The notes below the pieces were generated by a model. The model searched no databases. It had not been told where the DNA came from and saw nothing but the letters and a program-made list of their open reading frames with translations. This document shows, in pieces, positions 61,937 to 64,000 of a DNA stretch of 64,000 nt. Origin of the DNA: Candidatus Hydrogenedentota bacterium (lineage in GTDB: Bacteria; Hydrogenedentota; Hydrogenedentia; Hydrogenedentales; SLHB01); contig CAVUWV010000032.1 of the NCBI GenBank assembly GCA_963745075.1, positions 64,001-128,000 on the forward strand, given 5' to 3'. Every line of letters begins with the position of its first letter. The stretch's first letter is position 1. The translations under genes and the position numbers were made by a program.

Positions 61937-62960
61937 CTAGGCGGAAGGAACGGCGACGGGGAAGGTGCTCGTATTCGCCGCCTGTTGCGCGAGCAGGGCA
62001 ATGCGGGAACTGCGCAGCACGCGATCCGTGTGTAAGCCGTCCATGTTCGGTGTGCCGGCGACGTCGAGCAGAAAATCGTCGAAGAATCCCCCGGTCAGAT
62101 GTGGCGCAATGGGCTCCTCGATGGTTCTTTTTGAGTCGTGGCGATACAGGTGCACCTTCGTATCGTTGCACGACGTTCTCGATCAGGCCCGCTGAACCCG
62201 CGATGGTGAAGCGCCAGTACGCCGGATTCGTATATCCCGTGGAATCGGCGCTCAAGTACGACACGTCGCCCTGCGCGGACCCCTTGTTGTCGAGTTCCAG
62301 CATCACGGTGCCGCCGTCCTGAAAGTCGGGATGCTGTGGTAGACGCGCGTTCCAGCCGCGCGCCCCGGTAACCTTCGCGATTTGGCGGTCCGTCAGCCAC
62401 GGGATGATGTCGATGGCGTGGACGCCGATGTCGTTCACCGTGCCGCCGTGTTTCCCCGGTTCGAAATACCACTTGGGCCGCTTCGCGTAGCTGAGGGGAT
62501 GCAATCCGAGAAAGGTTATCGTGTGCACTTCGCCGACGCCGCCGTTCCGAATCATCTTACGCAGCGTGATGTAGGGGCCGAGATTCGGCAGATCCAGCAT
62601 GCACCCGACCGCGCGGTGCTTGCTGTACGCCAATTCCTGGATGCGGTCGAGTTCGGTCAAGCTGGTGCACAACGGCTTGTCGCCCAAAATGTGCTTTCCC
62701 GCTTCCAAGGCGGCAATCAGACGTTGCCCCCGGATGGAAAAGTAGTCGCCGCAGGCAATCACGTCGCACTCCGCCGATTCCAGCATTTCCTCATAGGTCC
62801 GGTGAGTGATGTGGACGCCCTGTTCCATTGCCGCGGCCCGGGCTTCCGGATCTTCCTCGCACGCGGCGGAAATCGCAGCGTCACCCCGTTCCTTCAGCAG
62901 ACGATACAGGGCCATAATATGGCCGTGACGAAACCCGACAAAGGCAATCTTCAACACCAT
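61937..62960 (-). CDS. Gfo/Idh/MocA oxidoreductase (apparent +1 frameshift near 62178)
   Basis: KIAFVGFRHGH, GKHILGDKP, HGG..NDIGVHAID. Removing one base joins the C-terminal ORF 61937-62155. Confidence 0.82.
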
Positions 62961-63066
62961 ACTTCGAAACACTCCATGGAGATTTCCTTCCGTTCGTACA
63001 GGCGCGCGCCACGATGATTTCACTATACCGCACCAAAGGCGGTCGGGTACACGGAACCGATAGATG

Positions 63067-63095
63067 TTGACACAATAGATGTTTTACGGTATAAT
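63067..63095 (+). promoter_or_regulatory. Consensus sigma70 promoter of the MarR gene, overlapped by an ATAGATGTT direct repeat
   Basis: TTGACA (63067-63072), 17-nt spacer, TATAAT (63090-63095). ATAGATGTT at 63060 and 63075. Confidence 0.85.
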
Positions 63096-63123
63096 TAGAC
63101 CGTACGACAGAAGGAGACGACCG

Positions 63124-63597
63124 ATGGCCGATTCGGTGTTGGGCGCGGAAATCAAACAGCGCAAAGGATTTGACAGCCCCCAGGAGGAAGCAATGCTTAA
63201 CCTCCTGCGCACGCACAGCGTACTTATGGGGATTTCTTCGACCCTGTTAAAGGAACGGAACCTGTCGCTGCCGCTCTACAACATCCTGCGCATTCTGCGC
63301 GGAGCGGGCGACGACGGCGTGCGGGTACACGATATCGGCGATCGCATGATTGCGCGCGAGCCCGACATGACACGGCTCGTCGATCGCCTCGAGAGACTCA
63401 AACTCGCCCGCCGGCAGCGCTGCAAGGAAGACCGGCGCGTCATCTTCGTACACGTTACGCCGGCCGGCTTGAAACTGTTGGCGGCGTTGGATGAACCCGT
63501 CCGGAAGATGCACCAGCACGCGCTGGGGCACATGAGTGCAACCGAACTGGCGACGCTCAGCCGGCTCCTGGTCAAAGCCCGGCAACCGCACGGGTAA
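63124..63597 (+). CDS. MarR-family transcriptional regulator
   Basis: YNILRILRG, PDMTRLVDRLE, DRRVIFVHVTPAG. AAGGAG RBS. Confidence 0.92.
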   Translation: MADSVLGAEIKQRKGFDSPQEEAMLNLLRTHSVLMGISSTLLKERNLSLPLYNILRILRGAGDDGVRVHDIGDRMIAREPDMTRLVDRLERLKLARRQRCKEDRRVIFVHVTPAGLKLLAALDEPVRKMHQHALGHMSATELATLSRLLVKARQPHG

Positions 63598-63805
63598 CGG
63601 CAATGGAACGTTAATGGGCTGGACGCCCGATAAACGAGAACAGGGACTCGTGGTCCTTTAACTTGGATTCGCCTTGTGTCCCTTTCGTCCTATAGGTCCG
63701 TTTGGTTCTTTGGTTTCGCAAGACATAAAAGGGATTACTTCAGACAAACACCTGTTTTAACGACTATTTCGGCGGGCGCAGGCCCGCAACGAAAAGGAGG
63801 TCCTA

Positions 63806-64000
63806 ATGAACGCTGCGATCACCCGATTTGCGCCCCTCGCCGGGCGAATTCTGTTGAGTGCGATCTTCCTGTTCAGCGCATTCGGAAAGATCACGGATTG
63901 GTCCGGCACGGCCGGATATATGGCATCGCGCGGAATGCCGGCGGTCCCGTTCTTTCTCTTCATGGCGATCGTTTTCGAGTCGCTGGGCGGACTGTCCGTA
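63806..64000 (+). CDS. DoxX-family membrane protein (partial, runs off window)
   Basis: AAGGAGG RBS, then MNAAITRFAPLAGRILLSAIFLFSAFGKITDWSGTAGYMASRGMP...ESLGGL. Confidence 0.85.
   Translation, partial: MNAAITRFAPLAGRILLSAIFLFSAFGKITDWSGTAGYMASRGMPAVPFFLFMAIVFESLGGLSV

Overview
A GC-rich bacterial chromosome segment. Its many Tat-exported sulfatases and oxidoreductases, the DUF1800/DUF1501 pair, zinc-ribbon membrane proteins and LptFG suggest a diderm such as Hydrogenedentota or a PVC-like lineage; this taxonomy is inference only. Housekeeping genes are a free-standing rplJ-rplL operon with an L10-type attenuator leader, fumC, a long-type glyA, aspS, hflKC, lptFG, yhaM, an opp/dpp ABC operon and thiH-thiS-thiE. 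Accessory genes cover carbohydrate, sulfatase, signalling and envelope-modification functions. No rRNA, tRNA, CRISPR array, transposase or integrase was recognised. Eight genes, including essential aspS, carry single-base frameshifts that look like long-read consensus errors. The most striking signal is a four-helix-bundle (S23 IVS protein/Avd-like) gene enclosed by a perfect 36-bp inverted repeat built from (TCGNNN)n and (CGANNN)n hexamer arrays. A cargo-less 52-bp perfect palindrome with the same hexamer phasing lies inside the opp operon, and six intergenic arrays have 9-bp GGAC periodicity. Together these could be a periodic-repeat/four-helix-bundle system that I do not know to be described outside rRNA intervening sequences.
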